Positions 40,040-49,711 of a DNA stretch of 64,000 bases are shown here, in pieces. A program made the translations under genes and the position numbers. Positions within the stretch are counted from its first letter, which is position 1, and every line of letters begins with the position of its first letter. The DNA is from Candidatus Fervidifonticultor secundus (GTDB lineage Bacteria > Sysuimicrobiota > Sysuimicrobiia > Sysuimicrobiales > Humicultoraceae): the NCBI GenBank assembly GCA_031459385.1, contig JAVKIP010000003.1, positions 96,001 through 160,000 of the forward strand. Direction: 5' to 3'. Under the pieces are notes generated by a model. It searched no databases. It saw only the letters and a list, made by a program, of their open reading frames with translations, and had not been told where the DNA came from.

Positions 40040-40560
40040 GGCGGGCACCGTCCGGTGAAGATCTCCGCAACGTACGTCGTGGTGGAGGCGTCCGGCGGGT
40101 ACACATCCGGGTCTGGCCGCGGTCCGGGCCCCCAATCGGTCTTGTAGTAGTACACGGTGACGCGCTGCATCGCGGGCCCCGCCGGCTCGACCTCCACGTA
40201 CCCTGCGTCGGGAGCCGTCCCGGCCCGGCCCTCGACCACGGCCGGCAGCGCCGGTTCGCCCCGCAGCGTCGGATGCGGGACCTTCCAGCCCGGTTCGGGC
40301 AGCGGGGAGCACAGACGCCGCAGGAACTCGATCTCCCCCTGCATCCACAGGGTGGCTGCGCTGCGATCCTGGGACTGCTGGCGAGTGATGGTCAGGCTGC
40401 CGACGATCGCGCCCATCATGAGCGGTGTCGCCAGCCCCAGGATCAGCATCGTGACGAGCAACTCGACCAGCGTGAAGCCCCCGCGCCCAGACCAGGACGC
40501 GAGGGCCCTCGCCGTGGCTGCGGGTGCCCTATCCACAGTCGGACGGTCGCCGCGTGTCAT
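40036..40560 (-). CDS. Cassette 1: PilV-like minor pilin
   Basis: G|FTLVE, WMQGEIEFLR. Confidence 0.85.
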   Translation of the reverse strand: MTRGDRPTVDRAPAATARALASWSGRGGFTLVELLVTMLILGLATPLMMGAIVGSLTITRQQSQDRSAATLWMQGEIEFLRRLCSPLPEPGWKVPHPTLRGEPALPAVVEGRAGTAPDAGYVEVEPAGPAMQRVTVYYYKTDWGPGPRPDPDVYPPDASTTTYVAEIFTGRCPP

Positions 40561-41083
40561 CGGTGATCGCTCCGGTCTGCGCCGCCACGCAGATGTGGTA
40601 GGCCTTGCCTGTCAGGCTGCTGCGCACCCTGAGGGTCCCGCCGGCCTGCGGAATGCCCGTGGGGTCCCAGGCGAGCGCGGCCGGCAGGGACGACCATTCG
40701 ACATCGGCGGGGAAGCAGTAGCGCTTGATCACGGCCGCCGCCTGCGCAATCGTGTACGACGGTCGGTCGACGCATGCCGGATCGCTGGCCGCGAACGTCA
40801 CATCGACGTCGGCGCGGCGCGTCAGCGCTTCCTGCTGGGCGACGCGCAGATCGGACGCCAGGGTGCGCGCCACGGCCAGCGCGCGCTGGTTGCTCTGGTA
40901 GTTGCGGTACGAGGGCAGGCTGAGCCCGAGGACGACGCCCGCCAGCGCGAGGACGAGCACGGTCTCCAGATACGAGACACCACGCTGACCCCTGTAGGGA
41001 ACCGCCGCCCCGCCCATCGGCGCCGACGCCTGCGCTCGGCCCTCGCGCGCCGAGCGCCGCTCAGAATCACGAAGAGAGCGCAT
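40529..41083 (-). CDS. Cassette 1: FimT/GspH-like minor pilin
   Basis: G|VSYLE, LASDLRVAQQEA, C-terminal QTGAI. Confidence 0.85.
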   Translation of the reverse strand: MRSLRDSERRSAREGRAQASAPMGGAAVPYRGQRGVSYLETVLVLALAGVVLGLSLPSYRNYQSNQRALAVARTLASDLRVAQQEALTRRADVDVTFAASDPACVDRPSYTIAQAAAVIKRYCFPADVEWSSLPAALAWDPTGIPQAGGTLRVRSSLTGKAYHICVAAQTGAITDDTRRPSDCG

Positions 41084-41090
41084 CCGCGCG

Positions 41091-41182
41091 GCCCTCTTCG
41101 GTAGCCCGGCCGACCCGCCGACACAGCCGGGTCCCGCAGCTTTGCGCCCCCGGATCGCTCCGGGGTCAGCCCGTTCGGAGGT
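41091..41182 (-). ncRNA. c-di-GMP-I (GEMM-I) riboswitch upstream of cassette 1
   Basis: GGGC-TGA-CCCCGGA-GCGA-TCCGGGG-GCGCAAAG-P3-CTACCGAAGAGGG. Confidence 0.85.
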
Positions 41183-41290
41183 GTCGGCTCGAACCTTCCC
41201 TGCAAGCTCCCTGGACCTTCACCGGAGGTGCCCCACCGCCGGCGAAGGGTTGTGAGTGTTCTCCAGGCCGGCGAGAACTCCTCCTGACGA

Positions 41291-41350
41291 TCCCCTGGGC
41301 GATTTGCCCCGGGGTGAAGGTCCCCGGGGTGATGTTCCCCTGCGGGGCTC
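41291..41350. repeat. Three to four degenerate 15-bp tandem units (consensus TCCCCnGGGTGA)
   Basis: tcccctgggcgattt / gccccggggtgaagg / tccccggggtgatgt / tcccctgcggggctc. Confidence 0.55.
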
Positions 41351-41945
41351 AGTCCGGAACCTTCTCGGGCCCCCTGTTCCGGTAGGCGTTGATGAACGCC
41401 ACGATCCGGCCCTCGTCGTAGGCGTCGAGCGTCAACAGCCGCTCCCAGGCCGCCACGGCAATGGCGCGGTCGTTCTGCGGCCGCGGCGTCAGGATGACCT
41501 TGCTGCGATACCGCCCCACCAGCTCTTCCAGCTTCTCCACCAGCGCGGTGTCCTTCGGATCCCGGTAGGAGATCCAGATGCCGCCGTGTTCCAGGTTGTG
41601 AACGACGATCTCGTCGGGGATCGGCTCGCGATGGACGCCCCAGGGCGCCACCTGGTTCCCGGTGTGCCAGCCAGAGGTGGGCGGGTTGGAGTTGTATGGC
41701 GGGTGCGGTTGGCCCAGCGCGATGTGCTGTCGGCCCTGACCCGGGATGCGGTCGCCCGGGCCGGGGCGCAGCGCCGACCAGACGATGAGCGCCACCAGCA
41801 CGACCGCACCCGCCGCCACGCTGCCGTAGACCGTGACCTGCCGCCTGCGCCGGCGCGTCTGCTCCTGCCGCTGGGCCTGGCGCCGGGCCTCGCGGGCGGC
41901 TTCCCGACGCTGGTGCTTGGCTTCTCGCGCGGTGGACCCGGCCAT
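41349..41945 (-). CDS. DUF3105 family membrane-anchored protein
   Basis: YNSNPPTSGWH, VHNLEHGGI, AAW. Confidence 0.9.
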   Translation of the reverse strand: MAGSTAREAKHQRREAAREARRQAQRQEQTRRRRRQVTVYGSVAAGAVVLVALIVWSALRPGPGDRIPGQGRQHIALGQPHPPYNSNPPTSGWHTGNQVAPWGVHREPIPDEIVVHNLEHGGIWISYRDPKDTALVEKLEELVGRYRSKVILTPRPQNDRAIAVAAWERLLTLDAYDEGRIVAFINAYRNRGPEKVPD

Positions 41946-42183
41946 GAGGACGCTCCCTGAGCCTTCCCCCAGAGCCTGCAGGGGAGTTCTTCGATCGTGG
42001 TGTAATCTTCCCGCCGGCGCGCCTGGCGCACGGCGGTGGACCTGGCACGCTCCCTAGTCTAGCAGTTGCGTCAAGGGCCGGCACTGTCGCCTGGCGGCCT
42101 GGATCGCTTCGGCCACAGGCACTGAGGGACCGACTGGGATGCACCGCCGGTGGGCACTGTTGCTATGGAGCAGGAGTCGCGAC

Positions 42184-42275
42184 GTCCTCCGACAATGGCC
42201 ACCCCGGAGCGATCCGGGGGCGCAAAGTCCCAGGGCCCGCGCGATCCGCGGGCTGGCTGCACTGCCGAAGAGGGC
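42184..42275 (+). ncRNA. c-di-GMP-I (GEMM-I) riboswitch upstream of cassette 2
   Basis: CCTCCGACAATGGC-CA-CCCCGGA-GCGA-TCCGGGG-GCGCAAAG-P3-CTGCCGAAGAGGG. Confidence 0.85.
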
Positions 42276-42324
42276 GACGTGTGAGTCATGCCAGGGCACA
42301 CGCGCTGGCTCGGAGGCGAGGACC

Positions 42325-42867
42325 ATCACGTCCAGGGCGCGAGACGGATTCACCCTGCTGGAAACCCTGATCGTTGTGGCGGTGCTGGGCCTGCTCCTGG
42401 GCTTCTCTGTGCCCCTCTACCGCGGCTCCCTGGCCGACCGCGCCGTCTGGAACGCCGCCTTTCAGGTCCAGAACGACCTCCGGCTGGCGCAGCAGGTCGC
42501 CCTCGCCAGGGCAGGGCGCGGGCCGAGGGTGGAGCTGTGCTTCCTGAGCGCGAACCATGACGCCGGCTACGAGATCTACACGGTGGACTACACCGACCGG
42601 TTTGCGCGGACGGGCGCGGTGATCGGCCAGACGGTGAAGGTCGTCAGGGCCGGCGAGGCCTTCCGCACCGGCCTCGACGTGGACGTGGAGGCAGGGGCAA
42701 CGCAGGCCTGCCTGGCCGGTGGCGGCAGACCGGCACTGGTCTACCTGAGCACGGGCAGCCCGACGTTTGCCACCGAGCGGCGCATCACCCTTACCTATCA
42801 GGGCCGCTCGCGGTGCGTCACGATCACCCCCACGACGGGCCGCGCCACGGCGGGGCGGTGTCCGTGA
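42325..42867 (+). CDS. Cassette 2: FimT/GspH-like minor pilin (start codon uncertain)
   Basis: G|FTLLE, DLRLAQQ, TTGRA; no in-frame ATG/GTG/TTG between riboswitch and cleavage site; in-frame ATC at 42325 after GGAGG. Confidence 0.75.
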   Translation: MTSRARDGFTLLETLIVVAVLGLLLGFSVPLYRGSLADRAVWNAAFQVQNDLRLAQQVALARAGRGPRVELCFLSANHDAGYEIYTVDYTDRFARTGAVIGQTVKVVRAGEAFRTGLDVDVEAGATQACLAGGGRPALVYLSTGSPTFATERRITLTYQGRSRCVTITPTTGRATAGRCP

Positions 42868-43418
42868 GGGCGGTCCGTGGCAGCCGGACCGGCCCTCCCC
42901 GACTGCGCGCCGCCGGCTTTACCACCTTCGAGGTCCTGCTGGCCGCCGTGGTGGTGGCGCTCGTGGTGGCGTTCACGATCCGGGTGGTTGTCGCGACACT
43001 GGGGCTCGTGGGAAGTTCCGAGCGGGACCCGCAGCACGGCGCGCGCGCCCGGTCGCAGGCGACCGAGTGGATCCAGGCAGCGATCGAATACAGCCGGGCC
43101 GTCGGGTTCGACGCGCTGCGCAGGGCGCCGACGTGCGCTGCGCTGACCGCGCTGTCGCCATGTCACTTCTGGATTCCGCCGGCGGTCGACAGCGCGGATA
43201 GGCCGTTCGACCTGGGGCCGGCGCTGCCTTCTGGCTTCGACTGCGGCCATGTGCAACTGGCGCAGTGGAGCGCCAGCCCGCCGCCCGGCGGCGATCTCGA
43301 CAACCTGCTGTCGCTGACCGTGGAGGTCTACCGGTCCCGCACGTCCTGCGACGCCGGCGGGACCGGGCAGGCGTTCATGACCGCTCAGACCGCCATCGCC
43401 AGGCGGCAGGGACCGTAG
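42864..43418 (+). CDS. Cassette 2: PilV-like minor pilin
   Basis: G|FTTFE, WIQAAIEYSR. Confidence 0.82.
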   Translation: MRAVRGSRTGPPRLRAAGFTTFEVLLAAVVVALVVAFTIRVVVATLGLVGSSERDPQHGARARSQATEWIQAAIEYSRAVGFDALRRAPTCAALTALSPCHFWIPPAVDSADRPFDLGPALPSGFDCGHVQLAQWSASPPPGGDLDNLLSLTVEVYRSRTSCDAGGTGQAFMTAQTAIARRQGP

Positions 43419-43432
43419 ACGAGGAACCGGGC

Positions 43433-44023
43433 GTGGTCAGGGCGACCGGCCGGGTGCGCGAGCGGGGCATGACCCTGATGGATGTGGTGGTGGGCCTGGC
43501 GCTCATGACCGTCGCGGCCCTGGGGATCTTCGCCGGCTTCAAGGGCGCGCTCACCGGCTGGACCGTGGCCCAGCAGGTCACCGCGGAATCCCACAACGCG
43601 CGCTTCGTGCTCGAGTACGTGGCGCGGCTGCTCCGGATGGCCGGGAACGAGTACGCCGGCGGTCCGCCGCTGGCCGTGACGAACCCAGACGAGGTCGTCT
43701 TCCTGGGCAACGTGGACGACGACCCGCAGGTGGAGTGCTACAGCATCTACCGCGACGGGCAGGGCGTCGTCCGCATCTTCGCGATGGAGCTGGGGGGCGC
43801 GGACCCGCCGCCGGCGGCGTGCACCGGCGCCCGGGCCGCGGGAGCGGGCCAGCCGCTGACGACCCAGGTCGAGGCGCGGAACATCACCGTGGAAGACCTG
43901 CGGCTCTCGTACAGCCCGACGGTGCTGCCGCGACGGGTGACGCTCGAGATCCGCGTGCGCGGGGTCGGCTCACCCGGACCGTTGACGATGTCCACCCAGG
44001 TGTTCTTGCGCGCAGGACAGTAG
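43433..44023 (+). CDS. Cassette 2: PilW-like minor pilin
   Basis: G|MTLMD (Asp at +5), NARFVLE...LRMAG. Confidence 0.82.
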   Translation: MVRATGRVRERGMTLMDVVVGLALMTVAALGIFAGFKGALTGWTVAQQVTAESHNARFVLEYVARLLRMAGNEYAGGPPLAVTNPDEVVFLGNVDDDPQVECYSIYRDGQGVVRIFAMELGGADPPPAACTGARAAGAGQPLTTQVEARNITVEDLRLSYSPTVLPRRVTLEIRVRGVGSPGPLTMSTQVFLRAGQ

Positions 44024-44034
44024 GGGGCGAGCCC

Positions 44035-45831
44035 ATGGGACGCGAGGCGCACACCCACGGCGCGCACGGGCACGGCCCGCACGCACGCCGCGGGCGGGGC
44101 GAGCGGGGCACCGCGATGCTGATGGCCCTGGTGGTGGTCCTGATCCTGGCCCTGCTGACCATCGCCCTGGCCAACGTCGCCGTCACCGAGTACTCCACGG
44201 CCGCCGCGCTGGATCGCAGCCTAAAGGCCCTGATCGGCGCCGAAGGGGCGGGCGAGGCCCTCATCGCGTTCCTGCGCACCCAGGCAGACTGGACAAACCT
44301 GGCAACCACCGGTGGCTGGACGAACGGCAGCCTGCCCGCCGCCCTCCGGCAGGGCACGCTGCCGGGCAGCGACGTCAGCTATGAGATTCGCGTGCGCCAC
44401 CTGTCCGGCCCGGGTTACGATCCGGCGGTCAACATCCTGGTGCGGGTCGTGGGCGAGGCGCGCGGACAGAGCCGGGCCGTCGAGTTCCTGCTGCACAGGG
44501 TGGGCCCGGCAGACTTCATCTTCTATTCGGTAGACAACGTGGACATCTGCTCGATCGCGGGCGGCGGCAGCCTGCAGTTCCACGGCTCGGCCTACTTCCA
44601 GGCCGATCTGTGTCTCAAGGGGGGCGCCGAGTCGGGCTTCTACAACGACCGCCCGGTGTCCACGGCGCACCGCGACGCCAACGGGAACCAGCTCTTCCTC
44701 AACCATCTGTACGTGCAGGGCAACCTGGACGGCACCGGCAACCCCTCCATCGGGACCGCCTCGCAGCACTACTTCTTCCTGCACGTGGCCGGGACGCTTA
44801 CCAACAGCAACAAGTTCTTCTATGACAACTTCGACCGGAACGTGAAAGACCCGTTCTATCCCGCCGTGGTGCAGATCGTCGCGCAGGCCGCCAGCAACCC
44901 GGCCAATGCGGGGCGACAGCAGGGCACACAGATGGAGCTGGCCATCTGCGAGTACAACCCGGCCGGCAACACGTGGGCGAAGGTCTACACCCCGAACCTG
45001 AGCCTGCAGGCCGGCAAGGTCTTCTACCTGCCGCGCCCTACGGTCGAGACCGGCTACTGGCTCGCGGACACGAGCCCCTGCCCGAACTCCGGGACACTCC
45101 CCGACGCGGTCCGCGCCTCGTCGCTCTACGCCCTCTACTGGGACGGACGGTCGAGCCCGGCCAGCGGGACCAGCAACCTGGTGATCCCGGTGTCCGACCG
45201 GCCGATCTACGTGCCGGGGAAAGTGCTGCACGGGCAGAACGTCCGGTTCGAGGGCAAAGGGCAGATCGTGGCAGCCAACCAGCCCGGAGCCGGCGTCAGG
45301 CTCGCCGACGGCACGCGGGTGGCGGTAGCCGCGCAGAGCACGTGTGCCTGGAACCTGGACGACCCCACCGCTGCCAACGCCACCGGCAACGACTGCGGGG
45401 ACAGCAACAATGCGGGCTACTGGGTCAGAGCGAAGGTCTCGCCATGCCGCCAGCCCCCGGGGCCGGGGCCGTTCGCCAACGACAACCCCGCCTCGACGTT
45501 CGTCCGGCGCTATGGCGCCAACGCCGCCGGCGATGTGGTCGTGTTCGTCGTCAACGGGAGTGCCGGGTCGCGGCTGAACGCCAACGCCTGCGACCAGGAG
45601 ATGAACCTGATGGCCGTCGTCGGCGACGCGGCCTCGAGCGCAGGCTTCCGGATGGCCTACAAGCTGCAGTGGTACGGCGTGTTGATGACCAGGCAGATGC
45701 GCCTGGGACAGGTGCCCGACTTCTGGCAGATGCCGGATACGTTCGGCGAGCTCCCCGGCTGGATGAAGAACATCCTGCTCGGGCAGAACTCCGGGGTGGT
45801 CCGCGTGGAGCGCTGGCGGGAGCTCTTCTAA
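44035..45831 (+). CDS. Cassette 2: PilX-N-type large pilin/adhesin
   Basis: G|TAMLM, AEGAGE, Cys/Asn-rich, C-terminal RWRELF. Confidence 0.8.
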   Translation: MGREAHTHGAHGHGPHARRGRGERGTAMLMALVVVLILALLTIALANVAVTEYSTAAALDRSLKALIGAEGAGEALIAFLRTQADWTNLATTGGWTNGSLPAALRQGTLPGSDVSYEIRVRHLSGPGYDPAVNILVRVVGEARGQSRAVEFLLHRVGPADFIFYSVDNVDICSIAGGGSLQFHGSAYFQADLCLKGGAESGFYNDRPVSTAHRDANGNQLFLNHLYVQGNLDGTGNPSIGTASQHYFFLHVAGTLTNSNKFFYDNFDRNVKDPFYPAVVQIVAQAASNPANAGRQQGTQMELAICEYNPAGNTWAKVYTPNLSLQAGKVFYLPRPTVETGYWLADTSPCPNSGTLPDAVRASSLYALYWDGRSSPASGTSNLVIPVSDRPIYVPGKVLHGQNVRFEGKGQIVAANQPGAGVRLADGTRVAVAAQSTCAWNLDDPTAANATGNDCGDSNNAGYWVRAKVSPCRQPPGPGPFANDNPASTFVRRYGANAAGDVVVFVVNGSAGSRLNANACDQEMNLMAVVGDAASSAGFRMAYKLQWYGVLMTRQMRLGQVPDFWQMPDTFGELPGWMKNILLGQNSGVVRVERWRELF

Positions 45832-45976
45832 CCTTATCACTCGCAGGTAGCAGACGCCCGGGCGCCCGGCCGTGCCCTCCCGTCGTCGCCCCTCCCGCCC
45901 GGCTGGGCGGGTCTAGGACCGCGGTCTCCGGGGCATGACCCTCCCGGGGGGACTCCGGTCAGAGGAGTGGGATCGC

Positions 45977-46474
45977 GTGCGGTGCCTTTGGCAGGCGGCC
46001 TGGCGTGGCCACACAGCTCCGACGGCCGCCGGCGTCACAGTCCTGGAGCTCGGGGTCGCGCTGGGCCTGGGGGCGTTGCTCCTGGCCCTAGCGATGCCAC
46101 TGTACTTCGGCTTCGTGCGCGAGCGCCGGGTGGCCCGCGTGGCCGAGGACCTGGCCGGCCTGCTGCGCTTCGCACAGCAGCGGGCGGTGGCCCAGTCGGT
46201 CGACAGCTGCGGCGTGCAGGTCGTCACCCTGAGCTCCCGCGCCGAGGTCCGGCGGATCCCGCGGGAGGCGGACGGCGACTGCGCCGACCCGGTGACGATC
46301 CGGGTCGGCGAGCCGTACCCGCAGGGTGTCGCCGTGGCCGAGGTCACCGTCGAGTTCTCCAGTGCGGGATCCCTGGCCACGGGCAGCGCGACCTCGATCG
46401 GCATCGCCTCGGGGGGTCGCACGCGCACGGTGTCGGTGCAGGCCGCCACGGGAAGGGTGGAGATCACGCCATGA
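45977..46474 (+). CDS. Cassette 3: FimT/GspH-like minor pilin
   Basis: GAGGAG before GTG; G|VTVLE, LRFAQQRA, ATGRV. Confidence 0.82.
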   Translation: MRCLWQAAWRGHTAPTAAGVTVLELGVALGLGALLLALAMPLYFGFVRERRVARVAEDLAGLLRFAQQRAVAQSVDSCGVQVVTLSSRAEVRRIPREADGDCADPVTIRVGEPYPQGVAVAEVTVEFSSAGSLATGSATSIGIASGGRTRTVSVQAATGRVEITP

Positions 46475-47001
46475 CGCCGCGCAAGCCGGATGGCGGGTTC
46501 ACGCTGATCGAGGTGGTCATCGCCATGCTGCTGCTTGGCATCGTGGCGCTGGGGAGCAGCGGCGTGGTCCGGTCGCTGGGCCTGCTGGGGCGCTCGCAGA
46601 TCTCCAGCGACCGCCACGAGCGGCCCGCGCGGCTGCGCACGCTGGCCATGGAGTACATCCAGGCCGAACTGGAGTACCTGCAGAACCGCTCGTACTACGC
46701 CCTGCGCGACGCCTCGGCGTGCAACCCGCCCGGGGCGCCCACGCCGATCGCCGCGGCGCGCCGCGTCCCGAGCAGCTACCTGGACGCCAGCGAGCCTCGC
46801 CTGCCGGCCTCGTTCGCAGCGGCGGACATCATCATCACGACGGATCCGACCATCACCGCGCCGGCGTCCCCGCCCCTGGACTGCCGGCCCAGGGTCATGA
46901 GCGTCACCGTCTACCTGGCGCCCGGCGACCTGCCGGCTGTGCCCGGCGGCGCAGGCGGCACCCCCTTCATCCGCGGCGCCACGGCCCGGTCGTGGCGATA
47001 G
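46471..47001 (+). CDS. Cassette 3: PilV-like minor pilin
   Basis: G|FTLIE, YIQAELEYL. Confidence 0.85.
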   Translation: MTPRKPDGGFTLIEVVIAMLLLGIVALGSSGVVRSLGLLGRSQISSDRHERPARLRTLAMEYIQAELEYLQNRSYYALRDASACNPPGAPTPIAAARRVPSSYLDASEPRLPASFAAADIIITTDPTITAPASPPLDCRPRVMSVTVYLAPGDLPAVPGGAGGTPFIRGATARSWR

Positions 47002-47030
47002 CCACCGGACGCCGCCGGGAGGACGGAACG

Positions 47031-47666
47031 ATGCCACGGCACGCGACGCGGACGGCTGACCGGCGGGGCGAGCGGGCATTCACCGTGCTGGAAGTGCTGG
47101 TGGCGCTCAGCCTCTTCGGGGTGGTCCTGCTCACGGGCTTTGCGGCGTTCAACGCCAGCTACCGCGGTCTGGTGGCGGGCAAGGAGCTGGCCGACGAGCA
47201 CCAGAACGCGCGGCTGGTCCTGGAGTGGATCACCCGCCGGATTCGCCTTGCCGGCATCGGCGCGCCCCCCGGCACCACGGCCTTCTTCAGCGAAGCCGGT
47301 ACCAGCGCCCTGGCGTTCGTCGCCGATACCGACGCCGACGGGGTACTCGAGTGGCGCCGGTACTGCCTGGATGCCGCCGCAGGCGCGGTCCGCGAGCAGG
47401 TGCTCGAACCCGCACCCACCCCGCTGCCGTCCCCCGGCGACGCCTGCGCCGGCGCGACCATCACCTCCCAGGGGCTGCATGCGCTGCGCGTCTCCCTGCT
47501 GCAGTTCTCGTACTTCAACGGGCAGGAGGCGGCAACCAGCGCCCTGTCCCAGATCCGCCGGGTCCGGATCGTGCTGGGCCTGGACTCGAACCGCTCGGGC
47601 GCCTACGACGCCGCCCAGGACGTCACCTTCACGATGGACGCCGTGCTGCGGAACCCGCTCCAGTAG
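47031..47666 (+). CDS. Cassette 3: PilW-like minor pilin
   Basis: A|FTVLE, QNARLVLE...IRLAG, C-terminal LRN. Confidence 0.85.
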   Translation: MPRHATRTADRRGERAFTVLEVLVALSLFGVVLLTGFAAFNASYRGLVAGKELADEHQNARLVLEWITRRIRLAGIGAPPGTTAFFSEAGTSALAFVADTDADGVLEWRRYCLDAAAGAVREQVLEPAPTPLPSPGDACAGATITSQGLHALRVSLLQFSYFNGQEAATSALSQIRRVRIVLGLDSNRSGAYDAAQDVTFTMDAVLRNPLQ

Positions 47667-47701
47667 CGGGGACGCCGTCTGCCGCCGGAGGGCATGTGAC
47701 C

Positions 47702-49573
47702 ATGGACAGCGCGCGACCCACAACGTCGGTCAGGCGATCGCCCGGCGAGGCCGGGCTGGCGCTGGCCCTCGTGCTCTTGACCATCAACGTCATCCTGATC
47801 GTCACCGCGACCCTGGTGGCCATCGCGCTGAACGAGTACCAGGCCGCGGCTAGCGGCGAGCGGTCGCGCCAGGCATTTCAGCTGGCCGAGGCCGGGCTGG
47901 AGAAGGCGATCTACGAGCTAAAGCGCGACCTGGACTGGACCGACTCCGGCGCATCCGCAGCCGCCACCAGGAACCTCAACGACCCGCGGGAGTGGGCACC
48001 GCTGTGGGACGGGAGCGCGAACCTCGTCGACACGCCGTTCCCGGCGGGGGCGACGATCGGCGAGATCACCGTCGAGCTGTGCCGCGACGACAACTTCGGC
48101 GACGGCAACGGCTGCCCGGGCGTGCCCGCGCCGACCGTGGCCGGGTGCACCCCGAATGCCTGCATCTGGGTGCGGGCCACCGGGCGCATCCCCGGGCTGG
48201 CCGCGCGGCAGATCGAGTTCCTCCTGAGCCAGATGGCGCCGGGGTACGACCTGATCAACTACTCGGCGAGCCCCATCAACATCGGCGCCGGCGGCGGCGG
48301 CAACGGCAGTTTCATCCTCCACGGCTCGCTCTACATCGCCTCGTGCCTCGACCCCGACGGGGGCGGTCCCCAGCCGTGCGTGGGTCTCGTCATGCAGGGT
48401 GACGGCGCCATCCTCAACGACGTGCCGTATCCCACGCCGGGCGACCCGGACACCACCCCACCCTACAACAACAAGGTCTATGTGGTCGGTCAGATCCAGG
48501 GCCAGGGCAACTCGTGGCAGATCGGCCTGGACAGCCAGCCCATGCAGGGCGTCTATGCCACCCTGGGCTGGTCCAGCGGCTACGAGAACCAGATCGACGC
48601 GCTCGACAAGGGGACCGTGGTGCCATTTGTACCCTTCCCCGACCCCTCGAAGCTCTGTGAGCCGGGGGCCCCCGGCGATCCACCGCGGTGCCTAATGAAC
48701 CGGCTCAACCTGCCACCGGCCGACGGCGGCATCACGCCCATCAACGCCGACCTGGCGTACGTCTGCACGGCCGCCACCTGCACCACTGCGGCCTCGTGGA
48801 CGCCGGTGTACATCCGGGGGCCCCTGGCCGACCCCCTCACGCCGCTGCGGCTCTCGGCGAACAACCCGACGCGCACCCGGGTCGTGATTCCCGACCGCAA
48901 CCCCGACGGCTCGCCGGCGGTGAACTGCACGACGACGCCGTCGACGTGCAATGTCGCCGCCGGGACCGGCAGCGTGAACGGGTCGGGGAACTTCTCCCTG
49001 GTCTACAACGGCTACGCGGGCGCCGGCCAGGTGAACCTGTGGACGCAGTCCGGGGCCGATGCCTTCATCCACACCACCAAGCACGTTCGGATCGACGGCG
49101 ACGTGCGCTACGCCGGCCGCACGACGTTCCTGATCGAGAACGCCGACGACGTGGGCGCGGCGATGCCGGCACTGGAGATCCGCGGGTCGGTCACGCCGCT
49201 GTGCCGGGCCAGCCAGACCACCTGCGCCCAGACGTTCGGTCAGGCCAACGGGGACACCTACGCGTTCGCGGTCGGCCCCAAGTGCACGGGCGCGCCGCCC
49301 AGCGGTTCGCTGGTCTGCACGCCGACCGGGGGCGGCGTCTACGTCCGGGGGTCGGGGATCGAGCTGAACCTGGTGGTGCTGGCCCACGGGACGCTCAAGA
49401 ACGACAACCCGCAGACCTGGTACGGCATGTTCATCGCGGGCCTGCTGGACTGGGACAACAACCCGTCCATCTATCCCGTGGCCAACCTGAAGGCGAACCT
49501 CCCGCCCGGCATCGCTCCGCTGGCCAAGCCGGGGTTCGGGCTGCAGATCACGCGATGGCGCGAGGTCTTTTAG
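47702..49573 (+). CDS. Cassette 3: PilX-N-type large pilin/adhesin
   Basis: G|LALAL, AFQLAEAGLEKA, Cys-rich, C-terminal RWREVF. Confidence 0.82.
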   Translation: MDSARPTTSVRRSPGEAGLALALVLLTINVILIVTATLVAIALNEYQAAASGERSRQAFQLAEAGLEKAIYELKRDLDWTDSGASAAATRNLNDPREWAPLWDGSANLVDTPFPAGATIGEITVELCRDDNFGDGNGCPGVPAPTVAGCTPNACIWVRATGRIPGLAARQIEFLLSQMAPGYDLINYSASPINIGAGGGGNGSFILHGSLYIASCLDPDGGGPQPCVGLVMQGDGAILNDVPYPTPGDPDTTPPYNNKVYVVGQIQGQGNSWQIGLDSQPMQGVYATLGWSSGYENQIDALDKGTVVPFVPFPDPSKLCEPGAPGDPPRCLMNRLNLPPADGGITPINADLAYVCTAATCTTAASWTPVYIRGPLADPLTPLRLSANNPTRTRVVIPDRNPDGSPAVNCTTTPSTCNVAAGTGSVNGSGNFSLVYNGYAGAGQVNLWTQSGADAFIHTTKHVRIDGDVRYAGRTTFLIENADDVGAAMPALEIRGSVTPLCRASQTTCAQTFGQANGDTYAFAVGPKCTGAPPSGSLVCTPTGGGVYVRGSGIELNLVVLAHGTLKNDNPQTWYGMFIAGLLDWDNNPSIYPVANLKANLPPGIAPLAKPGFGLQITRWREVF

Positions 49574-49613
49574 GGGTCTAGGGCGGCCCGGAAACGGGCA
49601 AAGAGTTCCAGGG

Positions 49614-49707
49614 CTCCTCCGACAAAGGCTACCCCGGAGCGATCCGGCGGGCGCAAAGCTCCAGAACCCGGGTTCTCCCAGGTTGGCTGAGCTACCGAAG
49701 AGGGGAG
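49614..49707 (+). ncRNA. c-di-GMP-I (GEMM-I) riboswitch upstream of cassette 4
   Basis: CTCCTCCGACAAAGGC-TA-CCCCGGA-GCGA-TCCGGCGG-GCGCAAAG-P3-CTACCGAAGAGGGGAG. Confidence 0.87.
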
Positions 49708-49711
49708 AGTT

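Noticed and set aside
41291..41350. Mini CRISPR array
   Set aside because: Units are 15 bp, contiguous and have no spacers; no cas genes are present.
45832..45976. Fourth riboswitch upstream of cassette 3
   Set aside because: No GCGCAAAG junction, GNRA-capped P2 or CCGAAG 3' strand is present.
49599..49625. sigma28-like promoter CAAA-N15-TCCGACAA
   Set aside because: The CCGACAA is better explained as riboswitch P1/J1 sequence, and the -35 is not conserved in the other copies.
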